Program-made: the position numbers and the translations under genes
Source of the DNA: Squalus acanthias
Taxonomy: Eukaryota
Length of the DNA stretch: 64,000 nucleotides
Direction of reading: 5' to 3'
NCBI GenBank assembly: GCA_030390025.1
Contig: CM059432.1
Span: 9,176,001-9,240,000, forward strand
In this document: positions 25,018 to 37,701 of the stretch, piece after piece
How positions within the stretch are numbered: the stretch's first letter is position 1
Layout of the letters: each line of letters starts with the position of its first letter
Notes under the pieces: generated by a model
What the model saw: only the letters and a program-made list of their open reading frames with translations
What the model was told of the DNA's origin: nothing
Database searches by the model: none

Positions 25018-26483
25018 GGGCCAACATTTGTGATCGGAGGTTTCCCGCGGGCAGACGCCTCCGACCTGCAAAAAGAATCTATGAATGTACCTGGTGGCCC
25101 GGGGGGTATGGAGGCTCGTGATTCTGGGCCTCTGTGGGTCCACGCGGGAAGAACCCCACGTATCCCAGGGGTGCAGGTGGTTCGCAAGTGCCCCTGGGAT
25201 CACGTGGGCCGGCTCAACCAATGAAAGAAGGGAATCCCCATTCATAATTTTGACAGTTCTGTACGTACGGAACTCCCATAAGTATGAATGGGGATCACTT
25301 AAAAAATACATCAACACATGAAATACATTTTTTTTTAAACTACGAGCGAAAAATTGAGTCGCGCCCCCTTTGGGGCGCTAACTTCACCGGGGTGCTACTT
25401 TTAGCACCCCAGAAAAATTAGCAACCTCGCGACCGAAAATGAGTTGTAGCACCCCAAGAGGGAAGCGGGGCGCTTCCTGTAGCGCCCCGCTTCCCTCTTG
25501 GGGCGCTGAGAGGGAATATCGCGCCATATTGCAGGCCTTACTCCCCTTCTTAAAGGGGAGGGGCCGCGCGCCGCGCGCCCCGGGGCCTAACTGGGACCCC
25601 GGGGATCGGGAGTGCCGGCAAAACAGCCCAGCACTCAAGAGAAGTGCTGGGCTCATGGAGCGCAGCCAGCACTCCGCGGGGGCGTGGGTAAGGAGGCCGG
25701 GGATGGCAGAGGAGGCAGGTGCTGGCAGGCGGCCAGGAACAAAAATGGCCGCCCGGCACCTCGCCTTTAAATAGCGCCGCACCCGGCCACAGGTAGGCCC
25801 CCCTGACCCCATTGGACATAGCGTCCGGCGGTAAGTCAGGGGGCGCTACTGAAGATCGCGGCTGGGGCGCGAGCGGAATGCTGCTCACGGCGCTGTGCAC
25901 GCCGTCGCCGCTAACCTCCCACTGAATTTTGCGGGAGGTGTTGGGGGTGCCGCGCCCGGGCGCTAGTTGCTTTGCACCCCGTTAGTGCCTTCTTAGGGCG
26001 CTAACGGGAGGCGCAAAGCAAATGAATTTTTCCCCCTACATATTTAAAATGAATTAATATGCCATTTAATTAAATATTTTAAACATAATGTAATTTTTTG
26101 AAAAAAAAATTATATGTTTTTACAGGGCTGCAAATAAACTTACCTTATTGGACAGGGTTTTTAATGTATAAATGAGTGATAACATTTTATTTTTCTATTT
26201 TTTAAAACTCTTATGCTGGTAAAAGCTGGCCTTACGCCTGCTTTTACCAGGCATAAGAATTTGACAGGCATTCAGCAGGTGGAAGTTGGGCAAATAGCGC
26301 ATCTCTCCACCCGCAGAGGCCCATCTCCAGCGGACGCGGAGGATCTGTCAAGAGGATTTTTGACAGATCGCAAGCGCCGGGTTTCAGCGCATGCGCTTCG
26401 CATACCTAAACCCGGCACTTGCACGGCCCCTACGGGCGCGGACATACTTCGTACGCACCCGTAGGGGTCACAAAATACGGCCC
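25018..26483. mobile_element. MITE family A (inverted copy) carrying a nested GC-rich MITE at 25344..26036
   Basis: Outer element GGGCC...GGCCC with ATT on both flanks, homologous to 4176..4906. Inner element GAGCGAAAAATT / AATTTTTCCCCC with TAC on both flanks. Confidence 0.8.
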
Positions 26484-27729
26484 ATTAGTCCTCAATCCAG
26501 TCAATAGACTGGTTTTCTAACGCTGTTAACCTGGCGTTGGCTATCTAAGGAGTCTGATCCTAAATTAATCTCACTAGTTTATATCAATCTCAGACATTGA
26601 TTTCAGCTCAATTTATCAGCAAGTAGTTAGTGCTGATTAACTGTGAACTGGCTTTGTAATGTCTGTTACTTATTTTGTCAATGAATTCTATCTACTAATT
26701 AATTGCATACTCAAAGTTTGCGTGCTGCTAACCATGATTCTTAGATTAATAAAGAATTGTTGCTCATTATGTTGCAAAAAAAGGGTTAATTCATGCACTT
26801 AGTAGGGTGCGCGACTCCTTGTGGAAGGGTACTAATAATAATGCAAATAAAGAAAGAACTTGCATTTATATAGCGCCTTTCACGACCACCGGACGTCCCA
26901 AAGTGCTTCACAGCCAATGAAGTACTTTCTGAAGTGTGATCACTGTTGTAATGTAGGAAACGCGGCAGCCAATTTGCACACGACAAGCTCCCACAAACAG
27001 CAATGTGACAATGAACAGATAATTTGTTTTAGTGATGTTGATTGAGGGATAAATATTGGTCAGGACACCGGGGAGAACTCCCCTCCTCTTCTTTGACCAT
27101 GCGACCTTTTACGTCCACCTGAGAAAGCAGACGGAGCCTTGGTTTAATATCTTTTCTGAAAGACGGCACCTCTGACGGTGCAGAACTGTACTGCAGTGTC
27201 AGCCTGGATTTTCTAGGCTATTTGATCCAAGCCAGTTGATGTAAAACAGTTCGGTGATCCAAATTCAGGCGTCATTATCTCTGAGGGATAGCCTGGTTGG
27301 TGAGCCCCAGACGGTTCCTTGTGGAGGAGCCAAGGTGAAGGGGTTAAGAATGCGACCGGTGCCCTTGATGAATATTCTTGTCAGGGTATCGATTCCAGGG
27401 TCCTTACAACATTGCACATGCTCAGACTGCAAGATGTGCCTTCAGTTGACTGAGCTGCTTTCTCTGAACAAAACTATCAACGACAAGACCAAATCTTTAG
27501 GAGGATGCTGCGGCCCTCTGGCAAAACCCTTAAACAAAGGTATTAAAAGGCTCAATAGACATTTTCAATGGATAAACTGGATCATGTTAATGTGAAATGA
27601 GGAAAGCCTATCCTATGGCTAATTGCAGGGTTCCCACCATTAGTGTTGCTATGGCACGAGTCGCACAGGTCCCTTATGCCATTTTGGTTGTGTTTTTTAC
27701 CCACTTTTCAGGTATTTCATCAGGTTTTT

Positions 27730-28310
27730 ACATAGAATGTACAGCACAGAAACAGGCCATTCAGCCCAACAGGTCTATCCCGGTGTTTATGCTTCACACG
27801 AGCCTCCTCCCACCCCTTTTCATCTCACCCTATCAGCATAACCTTCTATTACTTTCTCCCTCATGTGTTTATCTAGCTTCCCCCTTAAATGCATCTGTGC
27901 TATTCACCTCAACCACTCCTTGTGGTAGCGGGTTCCACATTCTAACCAGTCTTTCAGTAAAGGTGTTTCTCCTGAATTCCCCATTGGATTTATTAGTTAG
28001 AATCTTATATTTATGGCCCCTAGTTCTGGACTCCCCCACAAGTGGAAACATCTTCTCTACATCTACCCTATCAAACCCTTCATAAACTTAAAGACCTCTA
28101 TCAAGTCTCCCCTCAGCCTTCTCTTTTCTAGAGGTAAGCGCCCCAGCCTGTTCAATGTTTCCTGATCGGTATAACCTCTCAGTTCTGGTGTTATTTTTGT
28201 AATTTTTTTTTTGCACCAGAACTGGGCACCGCACTTGGCTGGTGCGGTCGAACCAAGGTTCTATACAAGTTTAACATAAATTCCCTGCTTTTCAATTCTA
28301 TCCCTCTGGA
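27730..28310 (-). mobile_element. CR1 LINE 3' fragment
   Basis: ORF 27869..28051 MFPLVGESRTRGHKYK...RMWN.LP. Confidence 0.85.
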
Positions 28311-28688
28311 AAACCCATTGCCATCCTTTTTTCTTTTCCTCCCCAGTGTCCTCCCGGGCACTGTTTAAGAAACCCTGCCCATAATAGTGAGTGCATTTTA
28401 GCCCAAGCTGCCAGCTCACGCTACAGATAAAAAGCTACCCGTACCGAGCACATCGTCCGTCACACCGACCCTGCTCTTTGCTGCATTTTCACGGGTGCTC
28501 TTTTCAACGGCAGGAAGTCTGCTCAAATTTCGATTGCTCAGACTCCTGAATACCTTGGCCATGAGGACGGTGCCGCTCTGACAGACTACACTCCGAGTCT
28601 CGGCTGCCGTGACTCCGCCCTGCCGCTCCGCAGCACACTTAGAGAAAGACCCGTTGCCATCCTTTTTTTCTTTTCCTCCCCAGTGTCC

Positions 28689-28810
28689 GACTTTTTTCCA
28701 GTTCTGACGAAGGGTCATCGACCTGAAACGTTAACTCTGTTTCTCTCTCCACAGATGCTGCCCGACCCGCTGAGGATTTCCGGCATTTTTCTGTTTTTAT
28801 TTATTTATTG
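28689..28810 (+). mobile_element. Penelope-type 3' terminal fragment with minimal hammerhead motif (28700..28736)
   Basis: AGTT-CTGACGA-AGGGTC-atc-GACCT-GAAA-CG-TT-AACT; 14-bp TSD TTAGAGAAAGACCC at 28639..28652 and 28811..28824. Confidence 0.75.
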
Positions 28811-31186
28811 TTAGAGAAAGACCCAACAGGCTTCAGGCAGGTTGTCCTCTGGCAGGAGCGGGAACGGATTGGGCAAGTCCTCCCCCCACCCCCTCGCTCC
28901 ATTTATCTGCGCACGCCGGCCACCAGCCCCCACCGCCGGCCCAGGCCGGGGGAGTAAAAATCAAGCCCATTGACTTCAATGGAAAATAAAATTGAACGAG
29001 CTGAAAACGGGCTGCCGATTCGCTATCGCCCATTTTGCAATAACGCTGAAGACCAATTTCGCTCCCTTTGCGTTGTCATAGAGGTCGGTGAAGAGAAGTA
29101 AAGTATCAGATTATAGAAAGACTTGCATTCATATAGCGCCTTTCATGATCTCAGGACGCCCCAAAACGCTTTACAGCCAATGAAGTTATATTTGAAGTGG
29201 AGTCACTGTTGTAATGTGGGAAACACAGCAGCCAATTTGCGCACAGCAAGCTCCCACAAACAGCAATGTGATAATGACCAGAAAATCTGTTTTAATGATG
29301 TTGATCGAGGGATAAATATTGGCCAGAACACTGGGGATCACTCCCCATATCTTCTTCAAAATAGTGCCACAGGATCTTTTACGTCTGCCTGAAAGAGCAG
29401 ACGGGGCCTCGGTTTAATGTCTCATCTGAAAGATGGCACCTCCGACAGTGCAGCACTCCCTCAGTACTGCACTGGGAGTGTCAGCCTAGATTTTTGTGCT
29501 CAAGTCTCTGGAGTGTGATTTGAACCCACAACCTTCTGATGCAGAGGCAAGAGTGCTCCCCATGAGCCACTATAATGAATATCACCTATAAAAACATCTT
29601 TCACTTCTTGACTGATAATCCTGTATCTAATAATAAGTGACATCTGCATTTATACTGCTAATAGACCTCGCAACCCTATGATTGTGTAATGTTCTCTAAG
29701 GAAATTCCCACCTTGGGAGAATCCTTACCAGGATAAATAATGGAGGTTCCCACATCAGCCCCTCCAAGTATCCCAATTTGGCGAACTTCGCCACCCTTCT
29801 CTTAGCATCACAGAAGACCATGAGCTGAGGTCCTCCTCTGGTGATTGAATGACCTACCCTGACGGTTTTCTTCATGTAATTGATCCTTTTTTCGATCTGG
29901 AGCCAAGTGTCTTCAGATGACATTCAGCCATGAACCTTCTCCAAAGCCTCTTTTCCCAGTCTGTGGGTCTAGGGGACTAGAGCTCTTCCATACTTGTACC
30001 TTCCACCTTAAACATTTACTGCCTCCACCGCTGGTGCAACGTCACTGCTGCAGTGTGTACCATCTCCAAGATGCACTGCAGCAACTCGCCAAGGCTTCTT
30101 TGGCAGCACCTCCCAAACCTGCGACCTCTACCACCTATAATGGCCAAGGGCAGCGGGCGCATGGGAACACCACCACTTGCAAGTTCTCCTCCAAGTTACA
30201 CACCATTCTGACTTGGAAGTATATCGCCGATCCTTCATCGTCGCTGGGTCAAAATCCTGGAACAACTTCTCAAACGCACCGTGGGAGTACCTTCACCACA
30301 CCGGACTGCAGCGGTTCAAGAAGGCGGCTCACCACCACCTTCTCAAGGGCAATTAGGAATGGGCAATAAATGCTGGCCTCGCCAGCGACACCCACATCCC
30401 GTGAATGGATAATTAACTAAAATAAAACTGCTGACCAGGGGCTCCTGCACACCTGGCCTTGCCCCTTGTTCAATCACCCGCTGCCTTTATGTTTCTTTCT
30501 GCACTCCTGTCGGCATTTTCCAATCAGCTCAGCATTGCAGCGCAGTGACTTACAAGGATGAAGGCTCTTACTTCCACCGTAGCCAGGTATTTAACGATAA
30601 TTACCACTGCTGCCCAACAATTAGATGTTTCAACATGACCACTGGCTAAAAAAATGAAGATGCAATAGTTCAGAACATTTGACGTTCGTAGCGCAGCGGT
30701 AAATGTATGCAATTACCAATGGAAAAGTGTCTGAAGTGCCTTTACATCCCACACATTGAATCCCTCCAACATCGTCAACAGCCTAAGGCTGCTTCAGTAT
30801 CAACCGTATATGTTAATTCATCTTCCACGCGCTGTCAAGCTCAGTAATTCTTCTAAGTCGTTACCTCCAATCATGTCATTAGTACTTGCAATTTAAAGAA
30901 AAATATTCAAAATCAAAGCAACATGGAGGCAGGAAAACCAAACCATGCTCAAGTTATTCATATTTTTTAGCTGCTTCATTTTTTGAAAGGGTTCCTCACA
31001 CTGAGAATTTCACTTAACGTATTATCCTTTAATGTGGTCTGCACTTGCAGCTCAAGCAGTATTAACTGCTGCACACAGGATGATCCAAATTCACGATTAT
31101 TAAATGCTTAAAAATACAATTTTATAACCTACATTATGTTAAAAAGAGATAAGTAGTCTTATTGACATTTGTCAGACAGCAATATC

Positions 31187-31820
31187 AGTAGACTAGGCCT
31201 ATATTCTCTAGAGTTTAGAAGAATGAGAGGTGATCTCATTGAAACATACAAAATTCTTACAGGGCTTGACAGGGTAGATGAAGGGAGGATGTTTCCCCTG
31301 ACTGGGGAGTCTAGAACCAGGGGGTCACAGTCTCAGAATAAGGGGTCGGCCATTTAGGACTGAGATGAGGAGAAGTTTCTTCACTCAGAGGGTTGTGAAT
31401 CTTTGGAATTCTCTACCCCAGAGGGCTGTGGAGGCTCAGTCGTTGAGTATATTCAAGACTGAGATCGGTAGATTTTTGGATATTAAGGGAATCAAGGGGT
31501 ATGGGGATAGTGCGGGAAAGTGGAGCTGAGATAGAGGATCAGCCATGATCTTATTGAATGGCGGAGCAGGCTCGAGGGGCTGGATGGCCGACTCCTGCTC
31601 CTATTTCTTATGTTCTTATACCCCATAATGTTACTCTCAAGCGATGGAGAGAATGACAGAACCACAGCAATTCACTTGTCGTTGAGTATATTCAAGACAG
31701 AGATTGATAGATCTTTGGATATTAAGGGAATCAAGGGATATGGGAATAGTGCAGGGACGTGGAGCAGAGGTAGAGGAGGCCAAATGGCCTACTCCTGCTC
31801 CTATTTCTTATGTTCTTATG
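31187..31820 (+). mobile_element. Two CR1 3' fragments
   Basis: LGLYSLEFRRMRGDLIETYK; two CR1 3' UTR/tails ending at ~31618 and ~31820. Confidence 0.85.
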
Positions 31821-32313
31821 TACCATTTATTAGCCCAACTTATTTTTCATAGTCCTTTTTCAAGAGTGCCTTATTTTCCTAGTGGTGCAATTGAAACAAA
31901 AAAGAAGCAATTTGTTTGTAATCTGAACGTCAATTCCATGTCTCTCTTGTTCAAATGAAAAAATTTATAAAGGAGGCCGGGTGGCTCAAAGGGTTAGAAG
32001 TGAACATTGTTCTTTCATCCAAGGAAGCTTCGCTGGATTTGAACAGTAGGGTGGAGGCCTCTTTGATTAGCATTAAGGGTCACAAGTGCAAAGACTTTGT
32101 TCGTAGCTTATGACAAAACCACTCTTATTAGGCTCACGCATGCAATCCTTAAGGATAGATGGGACCGTGGGAACAGTCGCACTGATACAAATACTGGATG
32201 CCTTTCTGTGACTTGGTTTGAGGTTTAATTTAGGAGAAAATTGCTTTTGATGTATGTCCAGCCAACTTGATACCATCGCTGAATGCAATATTGGAAGTAT
32301 CTTCTTTCCTCGA

Positions 32314-32636
32314 TCACAGAATCACAGAATCCCCACAGTGCAGATAGAGGCCATTTCGGCCCATCGAGCCTGCACCGACCGACACATATCCCACCCTATC
32401 CCCGTAACCCCACGTATTTAATCCCCCTAACACTAAGGGTCAATTTATCATAGCCAAATCAACCTAACCCGCACATCTTTGGACTGTGGGAGGAAACCGG
32501 AGCACCCGGAGGAAACCCACGCAGACACGGGGAGAATGTGCAAACTCCACACAGACAGTCACCCGTGGCCGGATTCGAACCCGGGTCCCTGGCGCTGTGA
32601 GGCAACAGTGCTAACCACTATGCCACCGTGTTGCCC
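32314..32636 (-). mobile_element. V-SINE (HE1-like), full length
   Basis: Reverse strand: GGGCAACACGGTGGCATAGTGGTTAGCACTGTTGCCTCACAGCGCC...GGTTCGAATCC head; V-domain TGTGTGGAGTTTGCACATTCTCCCCGTGTCTGCGTGGGTTTCCTCCGGGTGCTCCGGTTTCCTCCCAC; CR1-type tail GATGGGCCGAAATGGCCTC...(ATTCTGTG)n. Confidence 0.88.
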
Positions 32637-33768
32637 TATTCACAATCCTTTGAGTGAAGAAATTCCTCCTCATCTCAGTCCTAACTGGCCGACCCCTTAT
32701 TCTGAGACTGTGACCCCTGATTTCTAGACTCTCCAGCCAGGGGAAACATCCTCCCTGCATCTACCCTGTCAAGCCCCTTAAGAATTTTATATATTTCAGT
32801 GAGATCGCCTCTCATTCTTCTAAACTCTAGAGAATATAGGCCTAGTTTACTCAATCTCTCCTCATAGGACAATCGCCCCATCCCAGGAATCAGTCTGGTG
32901 AACCTTCGTTGCACTCCCTCTATGGCAAGTATATCCTTCCTTAGATGAGGATACTACCTATTAGGATACTCATCCTACTAAGTTATTTCTATCTTTCTTC
33001 AGGATCTCTGCAAGGCTGCCACTTTGCCAAGTGCTTGTAACAATTGGCAGGCATTTTATTTATTAAGGACTGTACTGTTTGCAGCTAGAGACAACTGCTA
33101 TTTCTTACATGAAGAATGGCAATGTTATAGAATCATAGAATCTTACAACACAAAAGGAAGCCATTTGGCCCGTCGTGCCTGTGCCAGCTCTTTGAAGGAG
33201 CTGTCGACTTTAGTTCCACACTCCAGCTTTTTCCCCCAACCCTGCAAATTAGTCCTCTTCGAGTACATGTCCAATTGCCTTTTGAAAGTTCCTGTGGAAT
33301 CTGGTTCCACCACCCCTTCATGCAGTGCATTCCAGATTTTAACAACCCGCTGTGTGAAAACATTTCTCCTCATTTCCCCTCTAGTTCTTCTGCCATTTAT
33401 TTTAAATCTGTGACCTCTGGTCACCGACCCACTTGCCAGAGGAAACAGTTTCTCCCTACTTGCTCTATCAAAACCCCTCATAATTTTGAATGCCTCTATT
33501 AGGTCTCCCCTTAAACTTCTCTGCTCTAAGGGGAACAATCCCAGCTTCTCCAATCTCTCCACATAACTGAACTCCCTCATCCCTGGTATCATCCTGGTAA
33601 ATCTCTCGGTACCCTCTCCAGGGCCTTGACATCCTTCCTAAAGTGTGGTGACCACAATTGTACACAATACTCCAGCTGAGGCCTAATGTAAAGGTTTAGC
33701 ATGACTTCCTTGTTTTTGTATTCAATTCCCCTATTTACAAAGCCAAGTATCCCATATGCTTTCTTAAC
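32637..33768 (-). mobile_element. Two CR1 fragments (32637..32945 and 33127..33768)
   Basis: ORFs 32681..32914 and 33143..33592 with CR1 C-terminal motifs. Confidence 0.85.
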
Positions 33769-33819
33769 CAGAGGCAGCGAGAGCGGAGTGGGATAAAGAG
33801 CGTGGCGGAGCAGGCCCGA

Positions 33820-36410
33820 GACCAGAGGCGGCAGGATTGGGTACTAAATATTCCTCGATATAAGGTGTTCAGGAAAGATATGGAAGGAAAGAAAGGAGGT
33901 GGGGTAGCAGTATTGATTAAGGAGGATATTACAGTGCTGGAGAGAAAGGATGTCCTGGAGGGGTCAAGGACAGAATCTATTTGGTTAGAGTTGAGAAACA
34001 ATAAAGGTGCCATTATACTACTAGGTGTATTCTATAGATCACCTATTAGTGGGAAGGATATAGAGGAGCAAATTTGCAGGGCGATTATAGAAAGGTGCAA
34101 GAACTATAGAGTAGTGATAGTGGGTAACTTCAATTATCCTAATATAGACTGGGATAGTAATAGTGTAAAGGGAAGAGAGGGGGAAGAATTTCTGAAGTGT
34201 GCTCAGGAGAACTTTCTTGATCAGTACGCTTCTGGCCCAATGAGGAAGGAGGCATTGCTGGATCTGGTTCTGGGGAATGAGGTGGGTCAAGTGGATCAAG
34301 TGTCAGTTGGGGAACATTTAGGGAATAGTGATCATAGTATCACAAGGTTTAGATTAGCTATGGAAAAGGAGAGGGAGCAATCTAGTGTTAAAATACATAA
34401 TTGAAGGAGGGCCAATTTCAGTGGGATGAGAACGGACCTGGCCCGGGTAAATTGGAATCAAAGATTGGCAGGCAAAACTGTAATGGAACAATGGGCTGCC
34501 TTTAAAGAGGAGATGGTTCGGGTATAGTTGAGGTACAAGGGGAAAGGTAGGGCAACTAAAGCCAGAGCTCCCTGGATGATGAAAGAGATAGAGAGTAAGA
34601 TGAAGCAGAAAAAGGGGCTTATGACGGGTGTCACACAAGTGAGAACAAGGCTGACTATAGAAAGTTCAGAGGGGAAGTGAAAAAGGAAATAAGAGGGGCA
34701 AAGAGGGTGCATGAGAATAGATTGGCAGCAAACATAAAAGGGAATCCAAAATCATAGTGAAAGAGGAGGTAGTTGAGATACTGGATGGGCTAAAAATTGA
34801 AAAAGAGGAGGTACTAGAAAAGACTGGCTGTACTTAAAGTAGATAAGTCACCAGGACCAGATGGGATGCATCCTAGGATGCTGAGGGAAGTAAAGGTGGA
34901 AATTGCGAAGGCACTGGCCATAATCTTCCAATCCTCCTTGGATACGGGGGTGATGCCAGAGGACTGGAGAATTATCCTTACACCCTTGTCAAAAAAGGGT
35001 GTAAAGATAAACCCAGCAACTACAGATCAGTCAGTTTAACCTCGGTAGTGGGAAAGCTTTTAGAAATGATAATCTGGGACAAAATTAATAGTCTTTGGAC
35101 AAGTGTGGATTAATTAAGGGAAGCCAGCATGGATTTGTTAAAGGCAAATCATGTTTAACTAACTTGATTGAATTTTATGATGAGGTAACAGAGAGGGTTG
35201 ATGAGGGCAATGCGGTTGATGTGGTGTACATGTACTTCCAAAAAGCATTTGATAAATTACCAGGCTTGCCAGCAAAGTTGAAGCCCATGGAATAAAAGGG
35301 ACAGTGGCAGCATGGATACGAAATTAGCTAAATAACAGGAAACAGAGAGTAGTGGTGAACGATTGTTCTTCGGACTGGAGGAAGGTATACAGTGGTGTTC
35401 CCCAGGGGTCAGTACTAGGACCACTGCTTTTCTTGATATATATTAATGACTTGGACTTGGGTGTACAGGGCACAATTTCAAAATTTGCAGATAACACAAA
35501 ACTTGGAAGTATAGTCAACAGTGAGAAGGATAGGGATAGACTTCAAGAGGACATAGACAGGCTGGTGGAATGGGCAGACACGTGGCAGATGAAATTTAAC
35601 GCAGAAAAGTGCAAAGTGATACATTTTGGTAGGAAGAACGAGGAGAGGCAATATAAACTAAAGGGTACAGTTCTAAAGGGGGTGCATGAACAGAGAGACC
35701 TGCGGGTATATGTACACAAATGGTTGAAGGTTGCAGGGCAGGTTGAGAAAGCGGTTAAAAAAGCATACAGGATCCTGGGCTTTATAAATAGAGGCATAGA
35801 GTAGAAAAGCAAGGGAGTTATGATGAACCTTTATAAAACACTGGTTTGGCCCTCACCTGGAGTATTGTGTCCCATTCTGGGCACCGCACTTTAGGAAGGA
35901 TGTGAAGGCCTTAGAGAGGGTGCAGAAATGATTTACAAGAATTGTTCCAGGGATGAGGAATTACAGTTACGTGGATAGACTAGAGAAGCTGGGGTTGTTC
36001 TCCTTAGAGCAGAGAAGGTTGAGAGGAGATTTGATAGAGGTATTCAAAATCATGAGGGGTCTAGACAGAGTAGATAGAGAGAAACTGTTCCCATTGGCAG
36101 AAGGGTCGAGAACCAGAGGACACAGATTCGAGGTGATTGGCAGATGAACCAAAGGTGACATGAGGAAAACTTTTTTACACAGCGAGTGGTTAGGATCTGG
36201 AATTCACTGCCTGAAAGGGTGGCAGAGGCAGACTCAATCATAGCTTTCAAAAGGGAATTGGATAAGTAGCTGAACGAAAAAAATTTGCAGGGCTATGGGG
36301 AAAGGGTGGGGCAGTGGGTCTAGCTGAAGTGCTCTTGCAGAGAGCTGGCACGGACTCAACGGCCCAAATAGCCTCCTACTGTGCTGTAACGATTATATGA
36401 TTCTATGATT
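33820..36410 (+). mobile_element. Longest CR1 copy: APE endonuclease, RT and 3' UTR, with many stops and frameshifts
   Basis: FRKD...GGGVAVL, GNFNYPNIDW, LDLVL, GNSDH (ORF 33802..34404); QHGFVKGKSCLTNL, GVPQGSVLGP, FADN; tail at ~36410. Confidence 0.92.
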
Positions 36411-36933
36411 CTGTTCTAACCACCTTCTCAACTTTCCCTTTCACCTTCAAAGATTGTGAATCTGCACCCCCAGGCCTCTCTGTTCTTGCACTCCCCTCAA
36501 AATAGTACCATTTAGATTATACTACCACTCGTGTAGTTTCTCCCAAAATGCACACTTGCATTAAACTGCAGCTGCCATGTGTCTGCCCATTTCACCAGTC
36601 TGTCCATGTCCTCCTGAAGTCTGCTACTAACATGCTCTCTATTTAACATAAGAACATAAGAAATAGGAGCAGGAGTAGGCCTTCAAGCCTGCTCCGGCAT
36701 TCAATAAGATCGTGGCTGATTTTACCTCGTCTCCACTTTCCTGCACTATCCCCATATCCCTTTATCCCTTAATATTCAAAAATCTAGCAATCTCTGTCTT
36801 GAATGTACTCAACGACTGAGCCTCCACAGCTCTCTGGGGTAGAGAATTCCAAAGATTCACTATGTTGCCAAGTTTTGTATCATCCGCAAAGTTATCTACT
36901 TTATATAGCCAAATTCCTGGTAGTTCCTAAAGA

Positions 36934-37026
36934 CTTCACCCGACGAAGGAGCAGCAGCTCCGAAAGCTTGTGATTTCAAATAAAACTGTTGGACTATAAC
37001 CTGGTGTTGTGCGACTTCTCATTTTT
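36934..37026 (+). mobile_element. 93-bp Penelope 3' terminal insertion with mutated hammerhead core
   Basis: Nearly identical to 1064..1154; core CCGACGA instead of CTGACGA; TSD GTTCCTAAAGA at 36923..36933 and 37027..37037. Confidence 0.8.
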
Positions 37027-37153
37027 GTTCCTAAAGAAAGCAGTGTCCTCCTCACCCCCACATTCAAAGGACACACTCTTATTTTGACACAGCCTAGCCA
37101 GTCTGAGTCCCGCAGTTAAATCTTCAAAGTCAGCGAAGTCAGTTATTGACCTT

Positions 37154-37701
37154 GGGCCCCATTTTACTGGAAGAATAACGGTGTGTTAACGATGCAAACC
37201 GTTATTAATGTGCAAATCAGCCAGCACGTTCACGGGATGAAGAGATACGCAGTGAGTTGCGAATCTCCAGAACCTGTACGCCGCTCCACCGTTAGCTTTG
37301 CACAAACGGCATCTCACCTTTAGCCTCCCCGTTATTTTTCAGGACTTGCTGGATTTGGACGTTACTTGCCCATTAAACTCACCGCAGAAGAAGTGATGTC
37401 TGGTAATTAAGAGCGTAAGTACCTTTTTGACCAGGTGATGATTGTTACTGCAATGCCAATCAACCTCTCTGGCCCAGAAAGGGAACAATTTAAACTGCAG
37501 AGTCTCCTTCCACCAGGTCGTGAATTGTTCATAGAGGTTTAAAAAATGTCAAATTTTAAATTCAGCGAGGTCCCAGATTCCCCATTGCCCTCGCACTTCC
37601 AGCAAGTTACAACACAAAAATCTTTTGAGCTGAAGGGTGCAGCAAAATGTTTAATTAACGGCGCGTGCCACGAGATGCCCCGCTCCAGCACAATCTATCC
37701 C
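37154..37701. mobile_element. MITE family C, second copy
   Basis: Shares AATAACGG, CCCATTAAACTC, GGCCCAGAAAGGGAACAATT and GAGATGCCCCGCTCCAG blocks with 17236..17920. Confidence 0.7.

Noticed and set aside
24727..29923. Short ORFs in unique-looking islands (24727..25027, 27254..27595, 29696..29923)
   Set aside because: No recognisable domain and no convincing paired splice signals.
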